A stretch of DNA of 64,000 nt from a virus (lineage: Duplodnaviria; Heunggongvirae; Uroviricota; Caudoviricetes), in the IMG/VR virus record IMGVR_UViG_3300037455_000543, positions 59,136-123,135 of that record; one strand, given 5' to 3'. The first letter of the stretch is position 1, and each line of letters begins with the position of its first letter. Below are positions 18,451 to 27,631 of the stretch, piece by piece. A program made the position numbers and the translations under genes. A model generated the notes under the pieces. It had not been told where the DNA came from and searched no databases. It saw only the letters and a list, made by a program, of their open reading frames with translations.

Positions 18451-19170
18451 ATGACAAATAATCAAAAAGAAATACTTTTTTACGTTATTTGTATTATAGT
18501 AGTTTTTATTTTTGCAAGTGTTAGTTATATTACAGAATTTTGGGATAATAAAGATGCAGAATTTAGAAATTCTGTAAGATATGTAGAAAAAGATAATTTT
18601 GGAAGACCAAGATATTATACTTATAAAAATATAGACCAAACTTGTGCTGAATATTATGGTTATTCAAGACCTGGCCGTACTATAAAAAGAGTAAAACATA
18701 TAGTACATCCAAGTTGGATAAAGTATCTTACTCTTTTTTATGATGATGAATCTGTTGTATGTTTTTATTATGATAGACCTGAAGTCACAGGCGAATTAGA
18801 GTTTATATTTGATAAATGGGATGATGAGCATGAACCATTACATGATAATAAAGTAATCGGCCGCATGAAAAAACCTCCGATTGAAAATAGAGATGCTTTT
18901 ATTAAATGCCTTGAACAAAATGAACCATTACAAGCCAGGGTTGAAGTAATAAATGCAGTAAATGATGCTATTAAGGAAAATAATCAGAAAATAGACGAAA
19001 CTAAACAATTATTGGAAAATAAGAAAACTAAGCTGACTGTAAAGGCAGAAATCGAAGACGGTTCTACTATTAAAGAAACAGAAATCGAATTTACTCTTGA
19101 CAGTTTAGGCGATAATGATATTGATTTAGCAAATCATGCTATACTTAACATTCTAACAAAAGAAGACTAA
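18451..19170 (+). CDS. single-TM membrane protein, paralog of 17946
   Basis: N-terminal TM; same C-terminal module. Confidence 0.8.
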   Translation: MTNNQKEILFYVICIIVVFIFASVSYITEFWDNKDAEFRNSVRYVEKDNFGRPRYYTYKNIDQTCAEYYGYSRPGRTIKRVKHIVHPSWIKYLTLFYDDESVVCFYYDRPEVTGELEFIFDKWDDEHEPLHDNKVIGRMKKPPIENRDAFIKCLEQNEPLQARVEVINAVNDAIKENNQKIDETKQLLENKKTKLTVKAEIEDGSTIKETEIEFTLDSLGDNDIDLANHAILNILTKED

Positions 19171-19171
19171 T

Positions 19172-19465
19172 ATGCAACCAGTAACAATCATAAAAACTAT
19201 TGACCGCCGAATTAGGCTGTATATCGAAGGCAAATATCTATGTGACCGTTTATCGATTAACGAGTGGAATGCATTATTTAGTCGATATGAAAATGATCCG
19301 GATTCCAAAATAATAAGCCATTTGGAAGAGTCTGAAAACGGTAAGGACTATGCTATAATAGAAACTACGTTAGGAACTGTATTATCAAAAAATGCTATTA
19401 TGGATTTGCAGTTTTTACGTGCCATAGAAGTCGATGGTAAATGGCAAACTGAATGTTTACACTAA
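19172..19465 (+). CDS. hypothetical protein
   Basis: 97-aa ORF. Confidence 0.7.
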   Translation: MQPVTIIKTIDRRIRLYIEGKYLCDRLSINEWNALFSRYENDPDSKIISHLEESENGKDYAIIETTLGTVLSKNAIMDLQFLRAIEVDGKWQTECLH

Positions 19466-19476
19466 AAGGAGAAAAA

Positions 19477-19779
19477 ATGATTAAAAATTTATGTGCAGTC
19501 TTAATTGCATTTTGTCTTGTAAGTCTTATGACAGGATGCGAATCTTATGAAGAACAACAGATTGTTCGGGTTGAGCATGCGAAAGCAAGGTTAATGCCAT
19601 TCGAATATATTAAGGACTTTAATATACAAGAAGACGGATATGATGAACATTTTCGTTTAATCTGTGACCATTCAACAGGTGTTGTATATCTTAAATATAG
19701 TGGTTGGCGTAGTGCTGGTTTAACTCCCTACCTTGATGAAAATCTTAACGTGGTTCGTTGTGATAAGACTATGAAATAA
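19477..19779 (+). CDS. putative lipoprotein, DUF6440-like
   Basis: Lipobox-like LMTGC; DHSTGVVYL...AGLTPYLDE; AAGGAG SD at ATG 19477. Confidence 0.65.
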   Translation: MIKNLCAVLIAFCLVSLMTGCESYEEQQIVRVEHAKARLMPFEYIKDFNIQEDGYDEHFRLICDHSTGVVYLKYSGWRSAGLTPYLDENLNVVRCDKTMK

Positions 19780-19787
19780 GGATTATT

Positions 19788-20267
19788 ATGGCTTATACAA
19801 AAGAAAATCTGGATAATTTTAAAAAGCTTAGTGATGAACTTTGTGCTGCACAAGATGCATTTACAAATCGTGCATGTGAAGTATTTCATCGTATTTTTAC
19901 TGAATATCTTTCTAAATACGATATTGCATCCAGTGAAGACGATACAATCGAATCTGCTTGTTTAGATAGGCTGGGAATAGCTAAACAACAGTATCATGAT
20001 TATATTGATGCAGAACTTGACGGAAAAGGCATTAGCATTAAAGCAACTGGCTGGTATGGCGATCATGATGAGACTTCATATTATTATATTGAAGACGCTG
20101 AATTCTTGTATGACGATGAAAAGCTGACACATTGGATTGGCTATATGTCGAATCTAGCTGAAGCACAGCTCAAAATTAAGAAAGATAGAGAAAAAGCAGA
20201 GCAAGAAGAAATTGAACGTAAAGAACGTGCAGAATATGAACGGTTAAAGGCTAAGTATGAGCAATAA
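19788..20267 (+). CDS. hypothetical protein
   Basis: C-terminal coiled coil ERAEYERLKAKYE. Confidence 0.75.
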   Translation: MAYTKENLDNFKKLSDELCAAQDAFTNRACEVFHRIFTEYLSKYDIASSEDDTIESACLDRLGIAKQQYHDYIDAELDGKGISIKATGWYGDHDETSYYYIEDAEFLYDDEKLTHWIGYMSNLAEAQLKIKKDREKAEQEEIERKERAEYERLKAKYEQ

Positions 20268-20293
20268 AGAATGGGAAATTAAAGGATAAGATA

Positions 20294-20539
20294 ATGATTT
20301 GTTTCAAAGTAACAAAGAAAGGAACTATCGAACTGGATGTATTAAAAACCGATTTCAAAGAACTTGAACAGTTTTCTAATTATCTTAAACGATTCTGTAA
20401 TTACCTTAAAAATACAGGCAATACCCGTGCTGATAACAACAGGTTTTGCCTGGAAGAACTTTGCATGGATGGTAACTTTACCGTAGACCGCTTTGATATC
20501 GAATCTGACGGCGCTACATTCCAGATTGAAAAACGTTAG
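20294..20539 (+). CDS. hypothetical protein
   Basis: 81-aa ORF, AAGGA SD. Confidence 0.7.
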   Translation: MICFKVTKKGTIELDVLKTDFKELEQFSNYLKRFCNYLKNTGNTRADNNRFCLEELCMDGNFTVDRFDIESDGATFQIEKR

Positions 20540-21054
20540 CCTACTATATCCTTAACTATATTAGCTATTGTTTTCTTATAATTATACATTCTCGGAAGAG
20601 TAAATCGTGTAGCTATTCGTCTGACACCAGGATAATGAATAGCTACATTTTTTTCCCAACCATTCAAAGTGCATGGTCCAACGCCTTCGAACTCAATCTT
20701 TCCAGGATTCCCGTTTATATATTTGCCAGGTTCTCTTTTAACATCACGTGTAATATTAATTCCAGGAATCTTCTTAGATAATCCATTTGCACAAGAACCG
20801 GTATATGCCGTGGCATGATAACCTTCAGGCAATGTTTCTTGTAATTCTTTTAACCAAAGGTCACGAGTCTTAGTAAGAGTCTCAAAGATACCATCTAAAG
20901 AAGAATCAGAATCTGTTTCTTCATGGAGCATTTCTCTTTGTTTTGCTATTTTACGAAGTTCTTCAGTACTATACTGCTCATTAGAGCCTAATGGTTCAAA
21001 CTCTTCATTTAACAAGCCAGCAGCTTGATTCATTGTCCATTCATTTAAATTCAT
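20536..21054 (-). CDS. LNE-motif late protein, paralog of 22209
   Basis: MNLNEWTMNQAAGLLNEE; shared C-terminal domain. Confidence 0.8.
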   Translation of the reverse strand: MNLNEWTMNQAAGLLNEEFEPLGSNEQYSTEELRKIAKQREMLHEETDSDSSLDGIFETLTKTRDLWLKELQETLPEGYHATAYTGSCANGLSKKIPGINITRDVKREPGKYINGNPGKIEFEGVGPCTLNGWEKNVAIHYPGVRRIATRFTLPRMYNYKKTIANIVKDIVG

Positions 21055-21082
21055 ATTTTTCACCTTTTATTAAATGTTTCTT

Positions 21083-21109
21083 TATTTATAGATAAAATTT
21101 CTATAAATA
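21083..21109. promoter_or_regulatory. divergent late promoters
   Basis: TATAAATA on - (21083-21090) and + (21102-21109). Confidence 0.75.
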
Positions 21110-21131
21110 ATATAAAATTAAGGAGATTTAA

Positions 21132-22142
21132 ATGAATTTAAACGAAGCTAGGCAAATTCTTAAGACAAACGGTTATTTGTTGCTGAAAGAACGTGAATAT
21201 ACAGACGATGAGGCTAGTAAGATATGGGATGCCCTCGTAGCCCTCAAGAACGAGTATGAAAGAAAGGGTTATACCGTACAGCTTGTCCCTACCGAGAATG
21301 TAAGTTATTATGCCAACCTTGGTTACGATCCGACAATCGGCACGGACTATTATTCTCGCCGTACGGCAGAACAGTATGCCTATAGGAAGGATGTGTTTAA
21401 GGATGGTATAAAGAATATCGTTAAGGACGGAGAGGTGCCTGGGAAGTTCCTGCTATGTATCAAGAAGGAGCCTACTGAGGAGTATAAGGAATACCTGAAA
21501 CGTCGTGGCGTAAGTTCCTATTTCCACAGGTTCGAGATATACATAGGATTTGAACTTTTGAATGGATTCAGCGGTGACGACTTGCACTGGAAAATAAAGA
21601 AGGAGTACTATAACGGTACAGTTGACGAGTTTATTTCCATGGTAAAGAAGAACGTGGTCGACACTGAGAAGGCTTGTAAGGTGCATAATTACCAGAATCT
21701 GAAGTCAAACCTCCCGGGTGTGGCCAAGGATGCTGAGAAAAAAGCTCAGAAACTGAACAAAAAACGAAAATATGACAGGGTAAGGGAGCTGATCCTAGAT
21801 AATCCATTGGATAATTTCGACTTGTGCAGGGAAATTGACGAGGATGCATTGAACAGGGTAATGATGGACCATTTGGTTGATGTGATTGACGAATATGTAC
21901 ATGACGAGTATAACGATGAGGATGGGGAAGTCAAGTGGTGGACCGACGGTGATGATGCATGGGACTATTTCGACGAAGACTTCTGTAAGTTCCTTGATGA
22001 TGAGTATAATGGTGACTTCCGTAAGTTCTGTGAAGAAAGCGAATTAATCGTGGACGGCCAGTTCGACTGGGATTATTTCAACGAATGGCTCGATGAATGG
22101 GACTGGGACAAACCGTCAGAACCTGACAATAATCCATATTAA
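21132..22142 (+). CDS. LNEA-motif late protein with acidic/aromatic C-terminus
   Basis: MNLNEARQILKTNGYLLLKE; D/E/W-rich last ~100 aa. Confidence 0.85.
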   Translation: MNLNEARQILKTNGYLLLKEREYTDDEASKIWDALVALKNEYERKGYTVQLVPTENVSYYANLGYDPTIGTDYYSRRTAEQYAYRKDVFKDGIKNIVKDGEVPGKFLLCIKKEPTEEYKEYLKRRGVSSYFHRFEIYIGFELLNGFSGDDLHWKIKKEYYNGTVDEFISMVKKNVVDTEKACKVHNYQNLKSNLPGVAKDAEKKAQKLNKKRKYDRVRELILDNPLDNFDLCREIDEDALNRVMMDHLVDVIDEYVHDEYNDEDGEVKWWTDGDDAWDYFDEDFCKFLDDEYNGDFRKFCEESELIVDGQFDWDYFNEWLDEWDWDKPSEPDNNPY

Positions 22143-22160
22143 TTATTAAGCTTAAAAATA

Positions 22161-22190
22161 AAAGGGTTGACAAATGTCAATCCTTTTTCT
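22161..22190. terminator. bidirectional terminator with palindromic TTGACA/TGTCAA stem
   Basis: AAAGGGTTGACA-aa-TGTCAATCCTTT then T run; no -10 at 17 bp. Confidence 0.75.
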
Positions 22191-22208
22191 TTTTCTGTAT
22201 TTTAATAT

Positions 22209-23078
22209 TTATCTTTTAATATATTTTTTAATAATATTTTTAACTGTTTTATCTATACTGGCTGTAGGCTTCCATATTTCTCTAGTTGGAAAACCTCGTG
22301 TTCCTGGTATACTAAATACTAACATAATATTATCACCTAAATCTTTACACCAGTCGCCACTATCTTTGTTTTCAAAATACATAAATAAAGGATTTTTTGC
22401 ACAAATCAATTCAATCTGGCCACTTGGTTTATAATTTCTATTATAAATGTCAATATTAGGAATATCGCGAGTAAGACCATTCCATGGAGTATCTTCAGAA
22501 ATATTTGGATTATAGATAGCTTCATGACCATCTGGCAGTTGCTTCTTAAATTCTTCATAGAATTGTTCTGCCAATTCATTTGATGTTATTTTTGTAGTAT
22601 TTTGAATTTGACTTTCGCTTGCTTTTTTAATATTATCTGCATTAAATTTTTCTATACCGTCACGTACTAATCGACCAAGGACTCTTACAATAACTTTAGC
22701 ATTTTCTTCAGGTGTATCAGGCGCAATACTAAATATAGCGCTATTTTTATTATCATCACATGCTTGAATACGCATATAATGATGGTCAGCAGTACATTCA
22801 TCTACTTCATATGCATCAACTCTATATTTTCCGCCGACTGAAAAATCAAAAAGGCTGATCCATTTACTCATTAAACCGCGACATACATTGATAGGAACAT
22901 TCTGTTTTGTGCCTTCGTTTTCTAATAAATCACAGAATAAACTATAGATATCCTCTTTTGAATATGTTTTATCTAGCCAATATTTGTCATCAAGCGGAAC
23001 TTTATCCAATATATCATTTGACATATCTTCATTTAATAAGTTAGCTGCTATAGCCATTACACGTTCGTTTAAATTCAT
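22209..23078 (-). CDS. LNE-motif late protein, paralog of 20536
   Basis: MNLNERVMAIAANLLNED. Confidence 0.8.
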   Translation of the reverse strand: MNLNERVMAIAANLLNEDMSNDILDKVPLDDKYWLDKTYSKEDIYSLFCDLLENEGTKQNVPINVCRGLMSKWISLFDFSVGGKYRVDAYEVDECTADHHYMRIQACDDNKNSAIFSIAPDTPEENAKVIVRVLGRLVRDGIEKFNADNIKKASESQIQNTTKITSNELAEQFYEEFKKQLPDGHEAIYNPNISEDTPWNGLTRDIPNIDIYNRNYKPSGQIELICAKNPLFMYFENKDSGDWCKDLGDNIMLVFSIPGTRGFPTREIWKPTASIDKTVKNIIKKYIKR

Positions 23079-23105
23079 ATTTTTTCACCTAATTATTTTA
23101 TAAAG

Positions 23106-23140
23106 TATTTATAAAAGGGTAATTTATATTACCCTTTATT
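23106..23140 (-). promoter_or_regulatory. late promoter abutting terminator hairpin
   Basis: TATAAATA on - at 23106-23113; hairpin AAAGGGTAA/TTACCCTTT 23114-23137. Confidence 0.65.
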
Positions 23141-23187
23141 TTTTATTAAAATTTCTTTACAGCTAACCATAAATTTTTCTTTTTATT

Positions 23188-24339
23188 TTAATATCCTGGT
23201 GGAAGTGTATATGCATCAAAGTCTAACTTAATTACATATCGTTTTGTTACTGAATCAGCTATTATTATTTGTTTTATAAATGGGACATTGTTTATTGCAC
23301 TCGTGCCATTTGGTGTAGCCAATGTGATTATATTATTGTTTGATGTAATATTAATTTTAATATATGGCTTATTATCAATTAATGTAATGTTTTCTGGCAT
23401 TGTTAATATGACAGTTCCACCCGCATTTGGACCTGTTCCTATCATATGACCATTGAATTCACATTTAATATTATTTCTAACTTCAGTACTAACTTTTACA
23501 TCTGTTGTAAATTCAACGGGAACAGAAACATAACCATGCTTTATCTCACTACTTGGTGCCCCTGTAGACCATGGAACAGAATCATAATCAAATATTAAAT
23601 TTATTGTATAACCAGATTGTGTTTTTATTGCAAGTGGTGTTTCTAAAATATCAGGTTTAATTATAAAATTAATTGGTCTATAACCATAGCCCACCATATC
23701 TGGCGCATTATAATCTGGTTCAATCCAATTTGTAAAATATGTTTTATATGTACTTTGGTTAACTGTTTTTCTATTATCATCTAATAAAATTATATGATCA
23801 AAAAGATCAAAATTTGTTAAATCTATTATTGAATAACTATTATGTTGCATTGATTCTTCGTCGGCATCACTATAAGAATCACTATAATAATAATTAGCAA
23901 AATTAATAATTTTTTCATTATAATCATTTGCATTAAATGATGTAGTATTAGTTATTAAAGCTGGAAAAAATTCAGTAACAATAGTTTCTTTTCCTGGAAC
24001 GTCATAATTAAATATTCCATAATTATTTAACTTCTGGATAAGTGCAGACAATGCATTATTATCTACTGGAGTAGTAGCTTGACTTTCACAGTTACATTGT
24101 TTTATATTAGAAATTGCAGAATTTAAGTCTTGTTGAGTAATGTAATTATTTAATGCAGACTTTAAAGCATAATCATTTAACTTAGACAAAATTTCATTAT
24201 AATTTGCCGTATTTGTAGGTGTAGTCGAATTACTAGGTTTATTAGTAGTATTACTTGTATTACTAGAAGTATTGCTGGTACCAGATTTAACTGTGGTAGG
24301 AATTTTTGGAATTTTTAAATTTGTAACTGCTCTTGCCAT
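23188..24339 (-). CDS. late protein with S/T/N-rich N-terminal linker (putative virion protein)
   Basis: TSNTSSNTSNTTNKPSNSTTPTNT; beta-rich C-terminal domain; late promoter. Confidence 0.75.
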   Translation of the reverse strand: MARAVTNLKIPKIPTTVKSGTSNTSSNTSNTTNKPSNSTTPTNTANYNEILSKLNDYALKSALNNYITQQDLNSAISNIKQCNCESQATTPVDNNALSALIQKLNNYGIFNYDVPGKETIVTEFFPALITNTTSFNANDYNEKIINFANYYYSDSYSDADEESMQHNSYSIIDLTNFDLFDHIILLDDNRKTVNQSTYKTYFTNWIEPDYNAPDMVGYGYRPINFIIKPDILETPLAIKTQSGYTINLIFDYDSVPWSTGAPSSEIKHGYVSVPVEFTTDVKVSTEVRNNIKCEFNGHMIGTGPNAGGTVILTMPENITLIDNKPYIKINITSNNNIITLATPNGTSAINNVPFIKQIIIADSVTKRYVIKLDFDAYTLPPGY

Positions 24340-24366
24340 AAATACTCCTTGTAAGTGGCCATATAT

Positions 24367-24415
24367 TATTTATAAAATATAATAGGTTGACATAAATTTT
24401 AAATTTTACTATATT
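24367..24415. promoter_or_regulatory. late (-) and early (+) divergent promoters
   Basis: TATAAATA on - 24367-24374; TTGACA(24387)-17-TATATT on +. Confidence 0.7.
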
Positions 24416-24422
24416 ATATAAT

Positions 24423-24812
24423 ATGAGTAGTTGGAAAGAATATTTTAAAGGTAAGTTTTACCTTGATGAAATGATTGACAGCATGGTTTTTTGTGACGAT
24501 ACTATGGTCACTAGTGAATGCGGTGATATAGAACCTGCCCGCGAAGATATGGTAGAACTCGTTAAGGCATTAAATGGTGAACCTTACTCACATGCTACAT
24601 TTGACAATCCATATTATAATGGCGATGGTGTTGTTTATTACACGGATAAAACTGATAAAGTCATTATGTTAAATATTCGAGGCTGGGGCTATTTGACAAG
24701 CAGCGGTCTAAGTGATGAAGATGCTGCGGCAGTCCAAGATTCATTTGGCCTCTATGTAGTAGATTGTATGATGCGTATTACAAATACACCGTTGGGTCAA
24801 GTTAATAATTAA
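24423..24812 (+). CDS. hypothetical protein
   Basis: 129-aa ORF after early promoter. Confidence 0.75.
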   Translation: MSSWKEYFKGKFYLDEMIDSMVFCDDTMVTSECGDIEPAREDMVELVKALNGEPYSHATFDNPYYNGDGVVYYTDKTDKVIMLNIRGWGYLTSSGLSDEDAAAVQDSFGLYVVDCMMRITNTPLGQVNN

Positions 24813-24828
24813 AAAGAGAAGAGTTATT

Positions 24829-25740
24829 ATGTTTGATTTTTTGAAAAAGTCTTTTCCAGAATTGAGAAAGGAATCTCCTTATTATATCCAGGCAATGGCG
24901 GGAATTATCACGAAACCGCACGATGTGCATGAACCGTTAGACGGGCAAGATGTCTTTCTCGAAGATTTCTTTATTGGTCAAATTAATCGTATGCCATCTG
25001 GCTTTGATCCGTTGGATTCATGCTATTACCGAGGATTCTATTTGCAACCGGTCAATAACGTAAAAAAGATAGCAGTCGATGAAATCTACAATAAAATCCA
25101 GAAAGCTATCGAAGATGAAGCTAATGCCGTTTATAGTCGTATCGACTTATGTATGGTAGATAAGTCGATTGTTGACGAAATTGCTGACAAGATGAATAAA
25201 ATTCAGTCGTCACGGGATAAATCTAATAAGATTAATCAAATCGTGATAGATAAGAATGAAGTTGCTATGCAGTTTTTCAATGAACTGACAGACCTTATCT
25301 TTGTCAATTTCCAGCAACTTTTTAAGGAAATGGAGAAAAAGGATATTTTCCCAAATATCTATCTGTATCTTAATGACCAACATAAATGTACAATAGAAAT
25401 CCGAACCGAAGAAGAAGGATATCCTGAAAAACACATAGTTACACGTATCTATTTTAATGACCGTTTAGGCCGTACTATGTATGCGACTAATAGGGAATGG
25501 CCTGAAAGAGATATCGGTAAATGTGCATTTAGCGATGATTTTGAGATGTACCCTGCAATCGAAGATTTGCGAAAGCATTATCAAGGTGATAATATTGCAT
25601 TATCGAATGATGACTTGAAGAAAGCTGTTATTAATGATATTGCAACGCACATCATTAAATGCTTAAATAATAAGATAGATTCTTATAACCATAGCATCTC
25701 GTCTTCAGAACAAAATTATAATATTCAAAAGGAAAACTAA
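24829..25740 (+). CDS. hypothetical protein
   Basis: 303-aa ORF. Confidence 0.8.
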   Translation: MFDFLKKSFPELRKESPYYIQAMAGIITKPHDVHEPLDGQDVFLEDFFIGQINRMPSGFDPLDSCYYRGFYLQPVNNVKKIAVDEIYNKIQKAIEDEANAVYSRIDLCMVDKSIVDEIADKMNKIQSSRDKSNKINQIVIDKNEVAMQFFNELTDLIFVNFQQLFKEMEKKDIFPNIYLYLNDQHKCTIEIRTEEEGYPEKHIVTRIYFNDRLGRTMYATNREWPERDIGKCAFSDDFEMYPAIEDLRKHYQGDNIALSNDDLKKAVINDIATHIIKCLNNKIDSYNHSISSSEQNYNIQKEN

Positions 25741-26435
25741 TGGACGAAGTAGAAGAATCTGTTAACGGAATGTGTGATTTGCTTGATAGCACATTCACCT
25801 ATATAAATCCAAATATGGAAGAACCGACTGATGAAGATGTTGCTAAGGAGCGTAAAGCTGCTTTTGCCAAAAGCACAGTCAAGACATTAAAGGAACAACA
25901 TAAAGTTAAACTTCATGATTTCTTTTATAATCTTGAAGAATACTGTCAGCGTGGCAAACGACATTTGCCGGATTTCGCCAGCGACTATTTTGAGTGGGTT
26001 CGTGATTATATTGACATTCTTGAAAAGAAGAATGAAGAACTTGAAAAGGGAATCAAGACCCAAAATGAAAAGAAATACATGTATCGTGTAGAAGTTATTT
26101 ATGAACATGATATGGACACTGAACATCGGCAGGTTTATTTCGGTCCTGACGTCAAGCAAGCTCGTAAAGAATTCATGAATTATTTTAATTTCTTTGATAC
26201 TACTGGCGACGAACTTTATTATTTCCCACTGGAAGAAGTCATCGGTAGTAGAGAAGAACAAAGAAAATATACTGGTCTTGAATTGCAACAAAAATTCTTG
26301 GATATGTTCAATCAACATATTAGAGAAAATAAATCTATCGATTTTAGCTGTGACTGCGATAATTTTGCTACCGAATGTGGTCAAGATGTCGGTGATGGAT
26401 TAGTTGGTTGTAAAGTAGATATATTAGAGGTATAA
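25740..26435 (+). CDS. hypothetical protein
   Basis: 231-aa ORF, TAATG overlap. Confidence 0.8.
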   Translation: MDEVEESVNGMCDLLDSTFTYINPNMEEPTDEDVAKERKAAFAKSTVKTLKEQHKVKLHDFFYNLEEYCQRGKRHLPDFASDYFEWVRDYIDILEKKNEELEKGIKTQNEKKYMYRVEVIYEHDMDTEHRQVYFGPDVKQARKEFMNYFNFFDTTGDELYYFPLEEVIGSREEQRKYTGLELQQKFLDMFNQHIRENKSIDFSCDCDNFATECGQDVGDGLVGCKVDILEV

Positions 26436-26436
26436 A

Positions 26437-26592
26437 ATGAAAAAGCAATACATAAAACCCGCTATGGAAATTCTGGAAGCTGATGTTCAGTCTCAGTTGC
26501 TGGCAGGTTCCAGTGACCCTTGGTGGAAAGAACCTGACCCTCCTGAAGAAGGTTGTGAAAGCTCATGGCATTGTGGCGGTTGGGGTAATTAA
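26437..26592 (+). CDS. RiPP-precursor-like peptide (51 aa)
   Basis: Manually translated MKKQYIKPAMEILEADVQSQLLAGSSDPWWKEPDPPEEGCESSWHCGGWGN; GAGG SD; absent from ORF track. Confidence 0.75.
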   Translation: MKKQYIKPAMEILEADVQSQLLAGSSDPWWKEPDPPEEGCESSWHCGGWGN

Positions 26593-26604
26593 TAACGAAT
26601 AACA

Positions 26605-26640
26605 ATAAGGGTTTACAAAAACCCTTTATTTTTTTATATT
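26605..26640 (+). promoter_or_regulatory. terminator/early-promoter module
   Basis: ATAAGGGTTT-ac-AAAAACCCTTTAT+T run; TTTACA(26612)-17-TATATT. Confidence 0.8.
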
Positions 26641-26647
26641 ATAAAAT

Positions 26648-27055
26648 ATGAGAAAATATTTAGCACATTTAGTCTGGTTAATTCCACTTATCGCATGGAT
26701 GTCATGCTCTGTCATTGCATATACTCATGATAATGAGCATATCGCAAAGGGTGAATGTTTAAAAACTTATACACAGGAGCATTGGCATAAGCATTCTGCA
26801 CCGACATATACCACGCATACTGTAATGCTTTATAATGACAATGCCTATGTAGTAGACGGTGGTTGCGATGTTGCTGCAATTTCATGGAGAGATGAACATC
26901 AAATTATCTATGGATTGGGCATTCTTGGTGTTTTACCATGGGGACTATTCGCCATATTTATCGTTGCCTTTATCTGTGCGGCTTTTGTACTATTATATGA
27001 CATAATTCGTGGCGACGGAAAGAAGAAGAAAAAGAAAGAAAAAGAAAAGGAATAA
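26648..27055 (+). CDS. membrane protein
   Basis: N-terminal and C-terminal hydrophobic segments, Lys-rich tail. Confidence 0.75.
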   Translation: MRKYLAHLVWLIPLIAWMSCSVIAYTHDNEHIAKGECLKTYTQEHWHKHSAPTYTTHTVMLYNDNAYVVDGGCDVAAISWRDEHQIIYGLGILGVLPWGLFAIFIVAFICAAFVLLYDIIRGDGKKKKKKEKEKE

Positions 27056-27057
27056 AA

Positions 27058-27363
27058 ATGTCTAAACCAGTCTCTAAAACAATTTCTAAAAAGTGTCCGT
27101 TATGTCAAGACCCATCTGGAACAGGTAGCTACGAGAAAACATATTATCCAAAAGATACCTTTATGGGTGGATATGTAGGCACATGGTTATCTAAAAATTT
27201 TCGCCTTACTGGAAACAGTCTTACCGTCACTGTTGAGGCTATGCATCAGTCTGAAAGCGATATTTATTACGATTCTGATAATTTCGACAATCCTTCTATA
27301 TCCATGAAATTTAATATATCCACTTGTCCAGTATGTCGTCGAAAAATCAATACTATAAAGTGA
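27058..27363 (+). CDS. zinc-finger-like protein
   Basis: CPLC ... CPVC pairs. Confidence 0.7.
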   Translation: MSKPVSKTISKKCPLCQDPSGTGSYEKTYYPKDTFMGGYVGTWLSKNFRLTGNSLTVTVEAMHQSESDIYYDSDNFDNPSISMKFNISTCPVCRRKINTIK

Positions 27364-27385
27364 ACTATTTACAATCGGAAAAGAA

Positions 27386-27631
27386 ATGACAACGATTACT
27401 TTTAAGAGTTCAATTTGGACTGATTATTATAAGGAACACAGTATCAAGGAACTTGCTGAAGCACTTACCGAAAAATTATATGATTCTACTTCTATCTCTA
27501 CGGCAAGTCATAGAATTATGATTACACCATATCTTACGCCAGATGATATCAAGAAACTGATTGAATTCTTCGAAGAGCATAATGCTTGGCAGACTATTGA
27601 TGGCATGTATATTAACGTTGATGAAGAATAA
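27386..27631 (+). CDS. hypothetical protein
   Basis: 81-aa ORF. Confidence 0.7.
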   Translation: MTTITFKSSIWTDYYKEHSIKELAEALTEKLYDSTSISTASHRIMITPYLTPDDIKKLIEFFEEHNAWQTIDGMYINVDEE

